Assembly (NCBI RefSeq): GCF_001194135.2
Contig: NC_068981.1
Location: forward strand, 101,316,823-101,380,822
DNA: 64,000 bases
Direction of reading: 5' to 3'
Origin: Octopus bimaculoides
Lineage: Eukaryota
Part shown: positions 51,081-62,965 of the stretch, one piece after another
Layout of the letters: the number at the start of each line of letters is the position of its first letter
Position numbering within the stretch: position 1 is the stretch's first letter
Translations under genes and position numbers: made by a program
Notes under the pieces: generated by a model
Told to the model about the DNA's origin: nothing
The model's database searches: none
The model's input: the letters and a program-made list of their open reading frames with translations, nothing else

Positions 51081-52450
51081 TAACCCTTAACTGGTTGGAT
51101 CACCCTGAGAGTCTGTATTATTCCATCCTGCTCCAGATCATTGATAACTTTTGGAAACCACATGCTGCTTAAAATGTGATATAGCTCAACTTATGTCACT
51201 GATTTAATCCCCAAAAGACTAAGACCATAATTCTATTACATTATTGTAAACAAACATTATCATACTTATACACAATACATGCAATCATTTATATTTAGTT
51301 ACTTTTTATTAATGGTAGAATACTCACTTTTCAATCTATATTAGTTTGTATACGTTTATTCGTTTTAACATGATTGTTTTTTTCTTTCTTCTATGCTAAC
51401 ATACTGGAGAGCTAGTTAGTTGACGCATATTTTAGAGTGAGACACTCTTCCTGGCACCTTGGCTTTTACAAGTAAGGTATTTTCTGTTCCAAAGGTCTTT
51501 GAAAGTGCCTTGACCAATCATAGTGTCAACAACGAGTGTTATCATTATCAATACTTTACTCGGGAAAAGACAAGTATGGAAATCAATGTTCACAGACAGT
51601 TTCACACACACATTCAAACTTTCTGCAGTTTCCATCTACCAAATTCACTTGAGACATTGGTTGTCCCTGAACTATACCAGAAAACACAATAGTTGGCATT
51701 AAGGGCATCCAACAATAAACACCATGCCACAATGGACCTTGCTGATGCTGGTGCCATGTAAAAAGCACTCAGTCCACTTTGTAAGGTGTTGGCATTAGGA
51801 AAGGCATCCAGTCGTAAAAACCATGCCAAAACGGACAGTGGAGCCTGTCGCAATCCTCTGGTTTGTCAGCTCCTGTCAAACCACCCAACCCATGCTAGCA
51901 TGGAAAATGGATGTTAAATTATGCTATGCAATGGAACCAAACCCAAAACAATCTGGTGTTGAAGCAAACTTCCTAACTACGAAGTTATGTCTGTGTGAAG
52001 TAACTCATTAGCACACTTTACTAAGCAACAAGTAGAGGTAGATCAACCAATATGCAAAAGTAGGGAAATGTTATAGCCTTACTTATGCATGGATATTGTG
52101 TTACCTACTCAGCAATTCCACTTCTGTATTTAAAATGAAAAACTGAGCCAATGAAGAGAACCCTTATGTAGTCATTTGTCCTCGTGTAAATAGCTGCTAA
52201 ATTTTTCTGTCACAGCTTAGTCTAACAAAAAAAAATAGAGAATAAATTAAACAATATAGTTATAGATATAAAAAAAAAGCAAATATGATATTCAGTCAGA
52301 ACACCTGATCATAAGTCTGCTGTGTCAGAATTCAGCTGGTACTACCCAATAAAAACAATGAAAACTGATTCAAAAGATTGGCTTTTGATATTTTACTTTA
52401 AATCATTCATGTTTAGGGAAAAATAAATATAATTATTTTAAAAAGTATTT

Positions 52451-52456
52451 TTTATT
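52451..52456 (-). promoter_or_regulatory. Candidate AATAAA polyadenylation signal of DHRS4
   Basis: An AATAAA on the minus strand about 90 nt past the stop codon. The region is AT-rich, so chance is possible. Confidence 0.35.
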
Positions 52457-52542
52457 TTTTTCTGAAATATGCTTATATAAAATAATCATTTGCAGACAAA
52501 CTTTTTCTTGCATATATTATTCTTATAATTGTCAGTAAACTA

Positions 52543-52657
52543 TCAGAGTGATGACATCATTCCTCCGGTCACTTTGAATGTTTCACCTGTTATGTAGCTA
52601 GCCTCTTCAGACACCAAAAACGACACGACGTTAGCACATTCTTCAGGAGTACCAAAC
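52543..52657 (-). CDS. DHRS4: DHRS4-like SDR last coding exon (to TGA)
   Basis: tattttaaAG acceptor, 115 nt. Translates (R)[37 protein letters not shown]. Confidence 0.95.
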
Positions 52658-54037
52658 CTTTAAAATATTATGATGAAAATGATGTTAGCTAAAAAAGTAG
52701 AAATTAGATGACACTGAAACATATATTCAATTTTAATTTTTGTTTTTACTTCAAATTTCTCAAGGTGTAAGACCATCTGATCATTGAATCTCATTTTACA
52801 TCAAAATATTGATGATTCTGACACTCTTTGGACATTCATAAAAACTCTTTAATAAATCTTAGTTATGGCAGCAAATATGTTTCAAAGAGAATCGAAAGTG
52901 TGACAATCTTTACAACAATCCACTATATCAAATCCATACCATCCAACAGCTCTGTGAATGTGTAATATCTAGACGGAATCACACACTATCTTTAAATAGT
53001 CATTCAGCTAGAAAGAAATAGCAGCCAAATCTTCCTTATCTCAAATCCCATAGCCTTAAACAAGAAACAACACAGTGGATGATGTATTTCTAGATACTCC
53101 TAAAAATCTCATGGCTGGATAATTTTTTCATCATAGGTTTGTTTTAGATCAAGACTGAATTTGAGCTAAAATATAATTAAAAAAAAAAAAACAACCAACA
53201 GATGAAACTCCAGCAAAAAAATGACCATAAAAAGAACTGGGCTAGTTCCTCTTTCACACTAAGATCAAAAGGAATTTTAGCTTAAATTTGCTAAATGGTC
53301 TGACATCATTCTTACAATCCAGACAGTTTTTGTATATATATATAGAATTAATTAGAAACAAAGCTCCCATATTTACCATCTGTTTTATTTCAAATTCCCT
53401 GTTTACTTGAGGATGTATGAATATCCCTTCTGGATTCTTTCTCTCATACTCTTTACATTTATCCAACTTCTTTGGTCACTAATATTCAAAGTTTTGCAAC
53501 AGATGGGCTCCTATCCTAGCCGAACTCTTTTTAAAACCAGTTTAACCTTTATCCCTCTTAAGTTTTGTGGAAACGTGCAACAGTACTCTTAACAAAAAAA
53601 AAAAAAAGAAAGTTGTCTAACTTATCACATTGAAAATTGCTTCTTTTACTATCTTTATTCAGAATTTTTGAAAAGCTGAGCCAGATTCAACAAAAAACCA
53701 ATTCGTTGTCATGCACCGTGATTTTTCATCCTCCAGAATTTCAGTGAAAGTTGTTTTTCTTGGCTCATGCCATATGTCTAATATGAAGCCTCTCTACTAA
53801 TGATTTCCATTCATCATGACATCACCTCTATGTGGTAGCTCATCCTGCTAGAAATAGTAACCAAATATCCCACAAAATAACACTACAGCATAAAAAAAGG
53901 GATGACATTGGATAATATCATTCTAGATACTCTTGAAAAGAGTTGGTAATATTGCAATTCCTTTAATCATATGTCTGATTAATTGTAGTTGACCTGGGGC
54001 TAAAAAAACAAATGATTGGTTTCTCCATTATATCATA

Positions 54038-54431
54038 CTAGCAGAGATACCCGGCATTGCTTGTGATTAAAATGGCATAAATTTTTATTCATTTACTTGT
54101 TTCAGTCATGCTGGAGCACTGCCTTTAGTCAAACAGAAAGAAAGAGAGGGAGGGAAGGAAGGACAAAAAGAGAAACTATTACAGAGGATGAGAGAGAATA
54201 TGTGTAAGCAAGAGAAACAGAATAAGAGAAGGGAGAGAATCGATGGAAAACTGCAGTTTTTAGAGAAAAACCGGTGTAAAACACCTTTTTTCCTTGTTTC
54301 TCGTTTTACACAGGAGCTCTGGGCCAGAAATTACAATGCATGACCATCCCTGGCACATAAGTAATGTTTGAAAATCGGTTGAAAACTAGAGATATCACAC
54401 ACACACACATCCTTTATTTTATATCTATAGA
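54038..54431 (-). mobile_element. Complete 394-bp non-autonomous Helitron
   Basis: Minus strand A|TCTATAGATATAAAA ... degenerate hairpin (plus strand cccggcattgcttg) ... CTAG|T, with no TSD. Confidence 0.8.
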
Positions 54432-55646
54432 TTGACAGGGCTTGTCTCATTGCCTGATCAACTCATGTAACTTAAGGCTCTGGTTCTTCATCCCACCCTT
54501 TTGTATTCTTATTAACAACAAACCTATTGTTGCAGCCTACACACACACATAGATGCCTTACCATCTCAAAACACTCCTTCACTATCTGCATACAGGTGTT
54601 CCATTTTCAATACCTTTGACTTGTACACCATCTTTGATAACCTAATTCCATACAAGCCAGTGAGGGAAACTCAACACTGTCAGTTGGCCAGTAAGAAATA
54701 ATAGTCAAATCTTCCTTAACTTAAAAAGCTGAGATCTTATTAGATTTTATTAAAAGATTGAAACATAATTGTTTTTATAAGTTGACTTTGTAAACAAGGT
54801 TTACTCCTAACTACCCTGTCTTTAGAAAATAATACATTTCTAAATCTCTGAGAGAGACTTAAGCAGTAGTGATGCGATAAAGTAGTTGTATACTGCCAAC
54901 TTAATGTGACAGTCCCAATAAGGGAATATACTACTGCTATTTAGCCCTAGGAAGCTGGACCGCTTCCTGTCGACCTTGACACATTTCCTGTGTCCTTATG
55001 TTTGCGAGGGGGAGATTGTTTTCCATAAATTTTGCTTAGTCAATAGCACCATCTCTACCTCTCTTGACATTTTTATATTTTAAGCATCCTTAGAGGGACT
55101 TTTTTTGTCTATTAACTGCATAGATAATGTCAGTTCATCAAAGTTTGCCAATTCATTATATATGAGAACAGTGTGTGTTTAGTATGCAGAATATGCCCTT
55201 CAGGTAAAAGAGTAAGGGCAAAGACCCCCTTTGGTCATAACTGACCATGGGATTGCACCTAGACAGTTTCCCTCCAAGGCACAAGTCTGGACAAGGTTGT
55301 TAGTGGAAGACCAGCAGAGCAGTTGCCCATGCATACCAGTCTCCCCTCTCCATACCACTGATGTTATCCAAGGGAAAGGCAAATGCTAATACAGTTTGGC
55401 GCCACTGACATTGCAACTCATTTCTACAGCTGAGTCAACTGGAGCAACATGAAATAAAGTGTCTTGCTCAAGAACAGAACACAGCCTTGTTCAGCAATCA
55501 AACTCCCGATTGTAAGCCCAATGCTCGAACCATCGAGCCATGCACTTTCCATTGAGGTGTCACCTTTTTATCAGCATCAACCTTATCTCCTATGCTTGAA
55601 GGGCCTGGAAAGGCTACAAGCGGGCACTACTCTGCTTCGTCAAACT

Positions 55647-55750
55647 AATCAATAAAAACAATCGAAAACAAAATTTGCCTGTCTTCTCTGAATCAAATCA
55701 ATAAAAACAATCGAAAACAAAATTTGCCTGTCTTCTCTGAATCAAATCAA
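55647..55750. repeat. Exact 49-bp tandem duplication
   Basis: aatcaataaaaacaatcgaaaacaaaatttgcctgtcttctctgaatca x2. Confidence 0.95.
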
Positions 55751-55770
55751 TTTTAAGTTTTGAAACTCAC

Positions 55771-55814
55771 CTATTCATGGGAATACGTGCCAGGATGGAT
55801 TCATCTGATTTAAG
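55771..55814 (-). CDS. DHRS4: DHRS4-like SDR exon (44 nt)
   Basis: cttttgcatttctAG / GTgagt. Translates LKSDESILARIPMN(R). Phase 0 in and phase 2 out, exactly linking the neighbouring exons. Confidence 0.88.
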
Positions 55815-56775
55815 CTAGAAATGCAAAAGAATACAAAGCCAATTACTCTTCAGTTAACAGCCAAATGAACACTTTATTTTTTTTTTAAATCTTAATTTTA
55901 ACATTAAAAAAAAAATGTGTTGTTGCAGATTAGACTGTGATGAGCTCTGCTAGTGATGTACTGTAAGCAAGGCTGATGTCAGAATATTCAATGCCCAAGG
56001 CCAGTTCTGCAGCCCAGCATTGTGTGACTCCTTTTCCCAACACTTTAACATTCAGATTACTCTGTCAGGTATAATGCTTATTTATTCACATTGATTTGAA
56101 TTAGCCATGCATTATCTTGTAGCTTTGAAATTTTAATGATGTGTTTTTATTTTTGGAATAATATCAGGTTAAGTGTGAAAGGCCAGTTTGACCATAAAAC
56201 TAGTAGAATATTTTGTGCAGATATGGCTGGTTTACATACAAAGGAGTTGACCAATTTTTCTCACAAATCCCTCCAGCCATCACCCCCATCACAAACTGGA
56301 AAATGTAGCTGAAAAATTATATCTTGCACACCACAAAATATATAGTACCATTATGCATATCATCAAGTAAAATATTCTATTAGCAAAATATTCTTTTCTA
56401 TTCTAGGCACAAGGCCCAAAATTTTTGGGGAGAGGGCCAGTCGATTAGATCAACCCTAGTACACAACTGGTACTTAATTTATTGATCCTGAAAGGATGAA
56501 AGGCAAAGTCAACCTCGGTGGAATCTGAACTCAAAACGTAAAGACAGACGAAATACCGCTAAGCATTTCGCCCAGTGTGCCAGCTTACCACATTATTATT
56601 TAGCATAATGTTAAATGTCTCATGCCAAATCATGTGACAGATCGTAATACAACACACTCTTCCACCTTTCCCATCCTACTGGTCAACCTTATTCTCCATT
56701 TCCTTGTGTTTCAAAAGTTACATTTCCTACTCTATTTACCACCGTGATTTCATGTTTTTAATTGGATTAGTTTAA

Positions 56776-57400
56776 CCCATTTGATACCAACCCTCCCAAC
56801 ACTACTCCTAGTTCTATGATACAAAGTTCTTTTAAAACAATCTAAATAAAAATCTTCCATCAAAATTGCATGTTAATTTATGCATCAAACACCATCTTCA
56901 AAATGAGAAAGTTAGTTTACTAAACCCTTCCTTATTTTCAAAATTGTGTGGATGCGCAATGGCCCAGTGGTTAGGGCAGCGGACTCACAGTCATAGGATC
57001 GTTGTTTCGATTCCTAGACCAGGCATTGTGAGTGCTTATTGAGCGAAAACACCTAAAGCTCCATGAGGCTCTGGGAGGGGATGGTGGTGAACCCTGCTGT
57101 ACTCTTCCACCACAACTTTCTCTCACTCTTACTTCCTGTTTCTGTTGTGCCTGTAATTCAAAGGGTTAGCCTTGTCACACTGTGTCACACTGAATATCCC
57201 CGAGAACTACGTTAAGGGTACACATGTCTGTGGAGTGCTCAGCCACTTGCACGTTAATTTCAAGAGCAGGCTGTTCCGTTGATCAGATCAACTGGAACCC
57301 TCAACGTCGTAAGCGACGGAGTGCCAACAACAACAACAAATTTTCAAAATTATTTGAAATAAAGGCAGTGTATTTCAACAGATATATAGTAACAAAAGGA
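56776..57400 (+). mobile_element. TTAA MITE family 2 interrupted by a SINE
   Basis: TTAA|CCCATTTGATACC ... GTAACAAAAGGA|TTAA. A partial copy of the same family starts near 26577. Confidence 0.75.
56946..57339 (+). mobile_element. Full-length tRNA-derived SINE (19189 family) with 12-bp TSD
   Basis: TSD ATTTTCAAAATT at 56934-56945 and 57340-57351; (CAA)n tail. Confidence 0.92.
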
Positions 57401-58157
57401 TTAAGAAATTTTGTTGTTCAGAACTTGTGTGGTGTCTCCAGATTTTGGTGCCCTAAGCAGTTCCTTAGTTTACAGAGTAGTAGCACAAGCACTGATAACA
57501 AAGAACAACTTTCAGGTCCACCTCCTCACATACTACAGCTACAAGTTTCATTAGCTGTAGATAGAAAGCTAAACAAGCCTGACAAGACAAATTATCATCA
57601 TCAAGTGACCTTAAAAATTCTTTTGATAGAGTTATTCAATAATATTCAACATTATACTATCCAACAAAGCTGTCTCTGAGTGATAACTTGACCTGCTAGA
57701 AATAACAGCCTGATTAATGCTAAAATATATCCTTTATCTTTATTGATATTTTTTCTTTTTTTTTTTTACTTCTTTCAGTCATTGGACTGCGTTCATGCTG
57801 GTTCACCACCTTGAAGGGTTTACTTGATAAAAAGCTTGGTACATATTCTGTTAGGATTTTTTTTTTTTTTTGCCAAACTGTTAAGTTACAGAGGCATAAA
57901 CAAATAAACACCAATCAAGAGTGCCAACACAAAGACGTACTCGTACACACACATGTATGTGTACGCATATATATATCGAGTTTGTATGATTATGTATAGA
58001 AGAATATATTATCTACAGTCGTCAATTTTTGAACACGACTCATTACATAAACCTGTTGATTGCATAATGCATGAAAGTACTAGTTTATTGTAAAATTGTA
58101 AAAATTGTAAATAATAAAAGGTGAAAATCAGACTATGTTGGAGTTTCATGGATTGAA

Positions 58158-58193
<36 letters not shown>

Positions 58194-58430
58194 CAGGCTC
58201 CCACATTGTTTCTTTCTTTCAGCCAGATTCACTCACAAGGAATTGGTCGACCTGGGGCCATAGTAGAAGGTGCCCAAGGCATGACTTAGTAACCATGTGA
58301 TTTTGCATTCAGTACACTAAGTGAGCTTCTTAACCACACAAGAGTAGGGAACCCATTGAATAATATTGTTATAGTAGTCTTATATATTCATTTTGCAAGA
58401 TTCCTGATGTGAAATAGTGTGTTGAAACAG

Positions 58431-58668
58431 ATATTGTATTTCGGACTGATTTTTTTTTTTTTTTTTTTTTTTTCCAAATAAATACACGCACTATATATGT
58501 TTTCTTCGGTAGTTTATTACTGTTCTTATTTCATTATTTTAACTCATGTCCATTGTGTGGACAATGGACATGAATGAAAACAATGTAACAAACGAGTGAA
58601 GAAAAAATATATAGTGCGTGTGTTTATTTGGCAAAAAAAAAAAACAACCATCCCGAAAATACAACAAA
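58431..58668. repeat. Foldback palindromic element (about 240 bp)
   Basis: Core TCATGTCCATTGT-gtgg-ACAATGGACATGA (58544-58573). Outer arms ccaaataaatacacgcactatatat / atatatagtgcgtgtgtttatttgg and ttgtatttcgg / ccgaaaatacaa. Confidence 0.8.
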
Positions 58669-59092
58669 TTGTATATTGCTTAAAAAAAGGACAAGGTGAT
58701 TAGGGACAGAATGTTTTTGATGATAGGGCTGACCTGGACTAAACAACAGCAATAATAGTTGAAAAGACAATGATGATAGAAGAAATCTATAAAACAGATG
58801 TAAATTTTTTACGTTAACATGATGGACCAGAAAATGAGAATGTCTGACATAGACAAATTTCTCAAAGATGTTTTAGAACATATTTCAAATAAAATATATA
58901 CTAAGGTAACCAGGATACAGTTTCAGCCTCTGTTCATTGAGAACTTAACTCTACCTTTAGGTACTGGCCCCCTTGGTTAACAATTTCTTTCAAATACAAA
59001 ATGTCTGATTTGTGAGAGGAGAAATTAATCCTGACCATAGAACTACTAGAATGCTTAGTGAGTGGAATATATGTATAATCATGATTTAGTTT

Positions 59093-59560
59093 TTATCTCT
59101 GCCTCATGACCCCAGCAGATAAAATGGAAAAGGTGTTGTCCTGAAGAATGGTAAGGGAGATGCGCTGGAACTGCCACTCTGACTCATGGTGCTCACACTT
59201 GCAGACAACCATCTCTGCACCAATAGCGGAGAGCAGGGATATGGTCCAGGGGCCAAGAACACCAGAGGTGTCCACTACTACAGGCCCAACCATAAACCTA
59301 TCAAAGAGCAACTGATACCTTGACAGTTTGCTTTTCTCAGCCTGACAAGTAGTGGAGCCTGGGCTGGTAACTCAGCACACCAAATTGCTACTGGAGAAGG
59401 TATAACAGCATGTAGCACCCCAGATGAGAGGCCTACCACCATAGAAGGTGGAAAATTGTCATTACCATCAAGCCCTTTACTGTCCCCTCAGTCTATTCCT
59501 GCTGGCTTGAGCTGAGAATGGAAGCCTGTGGAATCTAAGCCATGCTTTATGATGAGGAGA
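59093..59560 (-). mobile_element. CRE-like (R2-group) non-LTR retrotransposon, REL endonuclease C-terminal relic
   Basis: Joining frames gives GDSKGLDG..(F)PPFYGGRPLIW.ATCC.TFS..AEKSKLSRYQLL...VVVDTSGVLGP..QRISLTILQDN, resembling the RPDG..WD.T..E..K..KY..ET.G..QR.S...GN pattern. Confidence 0.65.
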
Positions 59561-60093
59561 GATTATATAGTACTCAAGGTATACCCCAACTCATTAATGG
59601 GTAAGAGGCTTAATATGTACCCCTGGTTTAATACCTCCACTTCAATTTGTGTGGTTTAGTGATATCTTCCCTGTTACAAGCGACTGTGAGCTACATCTGA
59701 GAATACCCTCTTCTTATCTGTCCTGGATGCTCAAAAACAAAAAAAAAGGTCATGAGCACTGCATTTCTGTCTCTGACAAAGTCTAAAAAAACAATGCTTA
59801 GAATCAAAATTAGGTTTGTAAGTTTGTTCCACAGAGAAACTTACTTCTGTTCTGGACCAACAGCATCTGCCTTGCAAACGTTGGCTTTTTAACCTTTGGC
59901 ATGCTATAGACACATCATGTCACCATACAAATTTTGTCCCCTCTCAATGTGCCCACAACTACAAGGAAGAAAACTCGGGCAGTACCATAATGAGCCCAAG
60001 TGTGCTAAAGATTAATAACAAAAATACTTTAATTTTAAGTAAAGAACAAAATGAGAGAAAAGAAAATAAACAAGTTATTAAAATGGTATTTAC

Positions 60094-60228
60094 CATTGCA
60101 CTGAATTTGGTATCAATAAGACCAGGAGCTATGCTATTCACTCTGATATTCATTGCATTAAGCTGAGGAACAAGTACTTTTACCAAACCAAGAAGAGCTG
60201 TTTTGCTAACAGAATAACAGCCAAGCAA
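60094..60228 (-). CDS. DHRS4: DHRS4-like SDR exon (135 nt, YxxxK)
   Basis: tttatttcAG / GTaaat. Translates LLGCYSVSKTALLGLVKVLVPQLNAMNIRVNSIAPGLIDTKFSAM, with the catalytic YSVSK and IRVNxxAPG motifs. Confidence 0.96.
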
Positions 60229-61305
60229 CTGAAATAAAATTGAAATAAATTAATTATGAATCTTTCACAATATTAAAAATATTAAACTTTAAAATCCATT
60301 TTAAAAAATGTAGTTAATTCAAATTTTTTATCTATAAGATTATTCTAAAATATTGTTATACTTAGGGATGGTCATTTTTTTTTCTTCCCACACACTATTT
60401 ATTCAATCTTCACTTCAGTTCGTACTTGTATTATTTTTAGTTGATACACCATTTCGAGCGTGGTCGTTGCACCCACTACACTCTCAGAGTGGAAGGGCAT
60501 CCAGCTGTAGAAACTCTGCCAAAATCAGATTGGAGCCTGGTGTAGCCATCTGGTTCACCAGTCCTCAGTCAAATCGTCCAACCCATGTTAGCATGGAAAG
60601 CGGATGTTAAACGATGATGATGATGACATCTGTCAAAGTTCTTTCATCACACATTCAGTGACCCTCTGTCCTATGTGTCTTATTGCAAACAGTGTTCATT
60701 TGGCAAAAAACAATGACCATCACCAAGTATAACAATATTTGTTTCAGAAAACGTTTCACATCAAGAATCTTGCAAAACAAATACATAAACATAATTTATT
60801 TTAAAACTTTTAAAAGTATTTAAGTTTAGTATCACTGCATATCTAGTATAAGTTTGGACTTTATTCATAACCATAATTCACATATGGGATAAAATTTTGT
60901 AATCAAATACTGTTTCTATTAGATGATATTTTTTATATAACTCTGACTGAGGAAACTTATAATCAAAAGTATCCCAGCCATGACCATCCCATCTTTTATT
61001 TAGACATAATGTAATCCTGAACTACATCATTCAATGCATCCTTCCTTTTTTCTAAGATTGTAAGCTACTATTTCTGGAAAGTTACATGATCACATAGAGG
61101 CTTCCACATTTTACAATATATTCTTGAGACAAAGGCAGTAAAATGGTTTCTAATGAAAGATAAACAAAGAGAGCAAAAAAAAAATCAGTTTGATTTTAGC
61201 ATAAAATTGAGTCCAAATTATTTGCTACAAAAAGTTCTTGAAATAAATTTATAAGTAAAACAAAAAAACCCAGCATTTTATTAAAATTATAGTTAGATTA
61301 CTTAC

Positions 61306-61357
61306 TGTTTCTGGATGGTAACCTAGTATAGATGACACAAATATTATGGAGCCACCA
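61306..61357 (-). CDS. DHRS4: DHRS4-like SDR exon (52 nt)
   Basis: Minus strand ctatttcAG / GTaagt. Translates GGSIIFVSSILGYHPET, carrying the catalytic Ser region. 52 nt, as recalled for human DHRS4 exon 5. Confidence 0.92.
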
Positions 61358-61603
61358 CTGAAATAGATTTTAAAATGGAAATGATATTATCTATGTACAT
61401 ATTTCTTTTTAAAATGTTTTGCATATGTCAATCATATGAAGATATCTCAGAACCCTTAACCCTTTAGTATTTAAAACAGCCATATCCAGCCCAAATATTC
61501 TGTTTTTTGTTCAGACTGACCACATATGGCCTCTTACACCTACCCTACAATGTTATTCTAAAACTAATCAATTGCATCATAGAAATCTTGAAGTTAGAAG
61601 ATT

Positions 61604-61947
61604 TTGTTGTTGGCACTCCGTCACTTACGACGTCGAGGGTTCCAGTTGATCCGATCAATGGAACAGCCTGCTCGTGAAATTAACATGCACCCTTAACGTA
61701 GTTCTCAGGGATATTCAGCATGACACATTGCGACAATGCTGACCCTTTGAATTACAGGCACAACAGAAACAGGAAGTGAGAGTGAGAGAAAGTTGTGGTG
61801 AAAGAGTACGGCAGGGTTCGCCACCATCCCCTGCTGGAGCCTCTTGGAGCTTTAGGTGTTTTCGCTCAATAAACACTCACAACGCCCAGTCTGGGAATCG
61901 AAACCGCAAGTCCACTGCCCTAACCACTGGGCCATTGCGCCTCCTCA
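61604..61947 (-). mobile_element. tRNA-derived SINE (19189 family) with internal deletion, next to a family 1 MITE half (61460-61600)
   Basis: Reverse complement of the 19189 copy, lacking the agtggctgagcactccacagacac block. Confidence 0.85.
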
Positions 61948-62479
61948 CATATAATGCAGACAAGTCAAATTGGATACTGCTTACAGGAAACTGGAAATAT
62001 GAAATAAGTGAGATTGAACTTGTGTTACAGATTTGGTTTGTTGTTACTTTATCGACACACTACAACAGTCATATAAATCTTAAGAATTACAAATTCATTG
62101 GGATTAAAATACCTTCCAACCATCCAACTTCTCTGCCCACTATCGCAAGGAGAGTCACTGGGGTAGAGTCCTCAGACACTTCCTCTGCAGTGTCATATCA
62201 GAATCAACTGTCATTACACTTTCTAGCTGGATTCCCAGGCATAACCAACTGAGACTATGGATATCATCTAACCATCTCATTCTTCATTCTTAAAACTAAG
62301 GATGTTCAATTTCTGTAGAAGAAATTCTAAACATTTAAAGCAAAATCAAGAAGTAAGAGGTTTTAAAGTAAACACAGCACTCACAAAAGTTTCAGTAGGA
62401 AAAAAGATAGGACACTACATCTATATGGGAAATGGTTTTCATGATATGTAGAAAATTAGTAGGTACAAATTCCATATGA

Positions 62480-62760
62480 TACACCCAATGTAAACTATGG
62501 ATGCAGAAGAGATACAGTGGAATCACAATTAAGCTGATGAAGGTCTTGTATGTAGCAGACGCATAGCAGTAGTGAGTAATAAGAGTACCAATAAAAGCAA
62601 TTTTTTCAGATATTGAGATGGCTCCCTAAAAGTAGTTGACAACTTCAATTACCTATGTGATTATCAACAGCGAAAATGGATGTTCCAAAATTATTGTAAC
62701 TCGTGTAAGAAGAAGTTGAAGGAGCTATTATCTTTGTATCGATTGGAGCAACATCTTTGT
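62480..62760 (+). mobile_element. Decayed RTE family A fragment
   Basis: Degenerate TQCKLWMQKRYSGIT ... VVDNFNYL ... GCSKIIVTRV. Confidence 0.6.
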
Positions 62761-62919
62761 TGCATCAATATACATAAATACAAAAAGCAAACTCTATACT
62801 AGAAGCAGCATAAACACCAGGACAGAAGAAATAATATTTATCCTTTTTTTCTGGTATTCATACTGTAATCTAAATACATTATTGACATTTGACGGATATT
62901 TGTCTTCATCTTGTTTGTT

Positions 62920-62965
62920 GTTCACACGTTTTGGCTGATATACCCTCCAGCCTTCATCAAGTGTC
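62920..62965 (-). ncRNA. Hammerhead ribozyme motif (left arm), stem II perfect, core mutated
   Basis: Minus strand gacac-TTGATGA-a-GGCTG-gagggtatat-CAGCC-AAAAC-gt-gtg. Confidence 0.5.

Noticed and set aside
56254-56298. 44-nt phase-compatible DHRS4 exon candidate (LHFPVCDGGDGWRD)
   Set aside because: It has no SDR similarity and overlaps the end of a MITE region. It is probably chance, although a cryptic exon cannot be excluded.
59844-59903. AG..GT-bounded 59-nt candidate for the DHRS4 penultimate exon
   Set aside because: It has an in-frame TAA in the required phase, and the exon at 55771-55814 fits in phase and homology.
62530-62570. CTGATGA followed by a GTCT/AGAC stem
   Set aside because: There is no GAAAC box, and it lies within RTE coding sequence.
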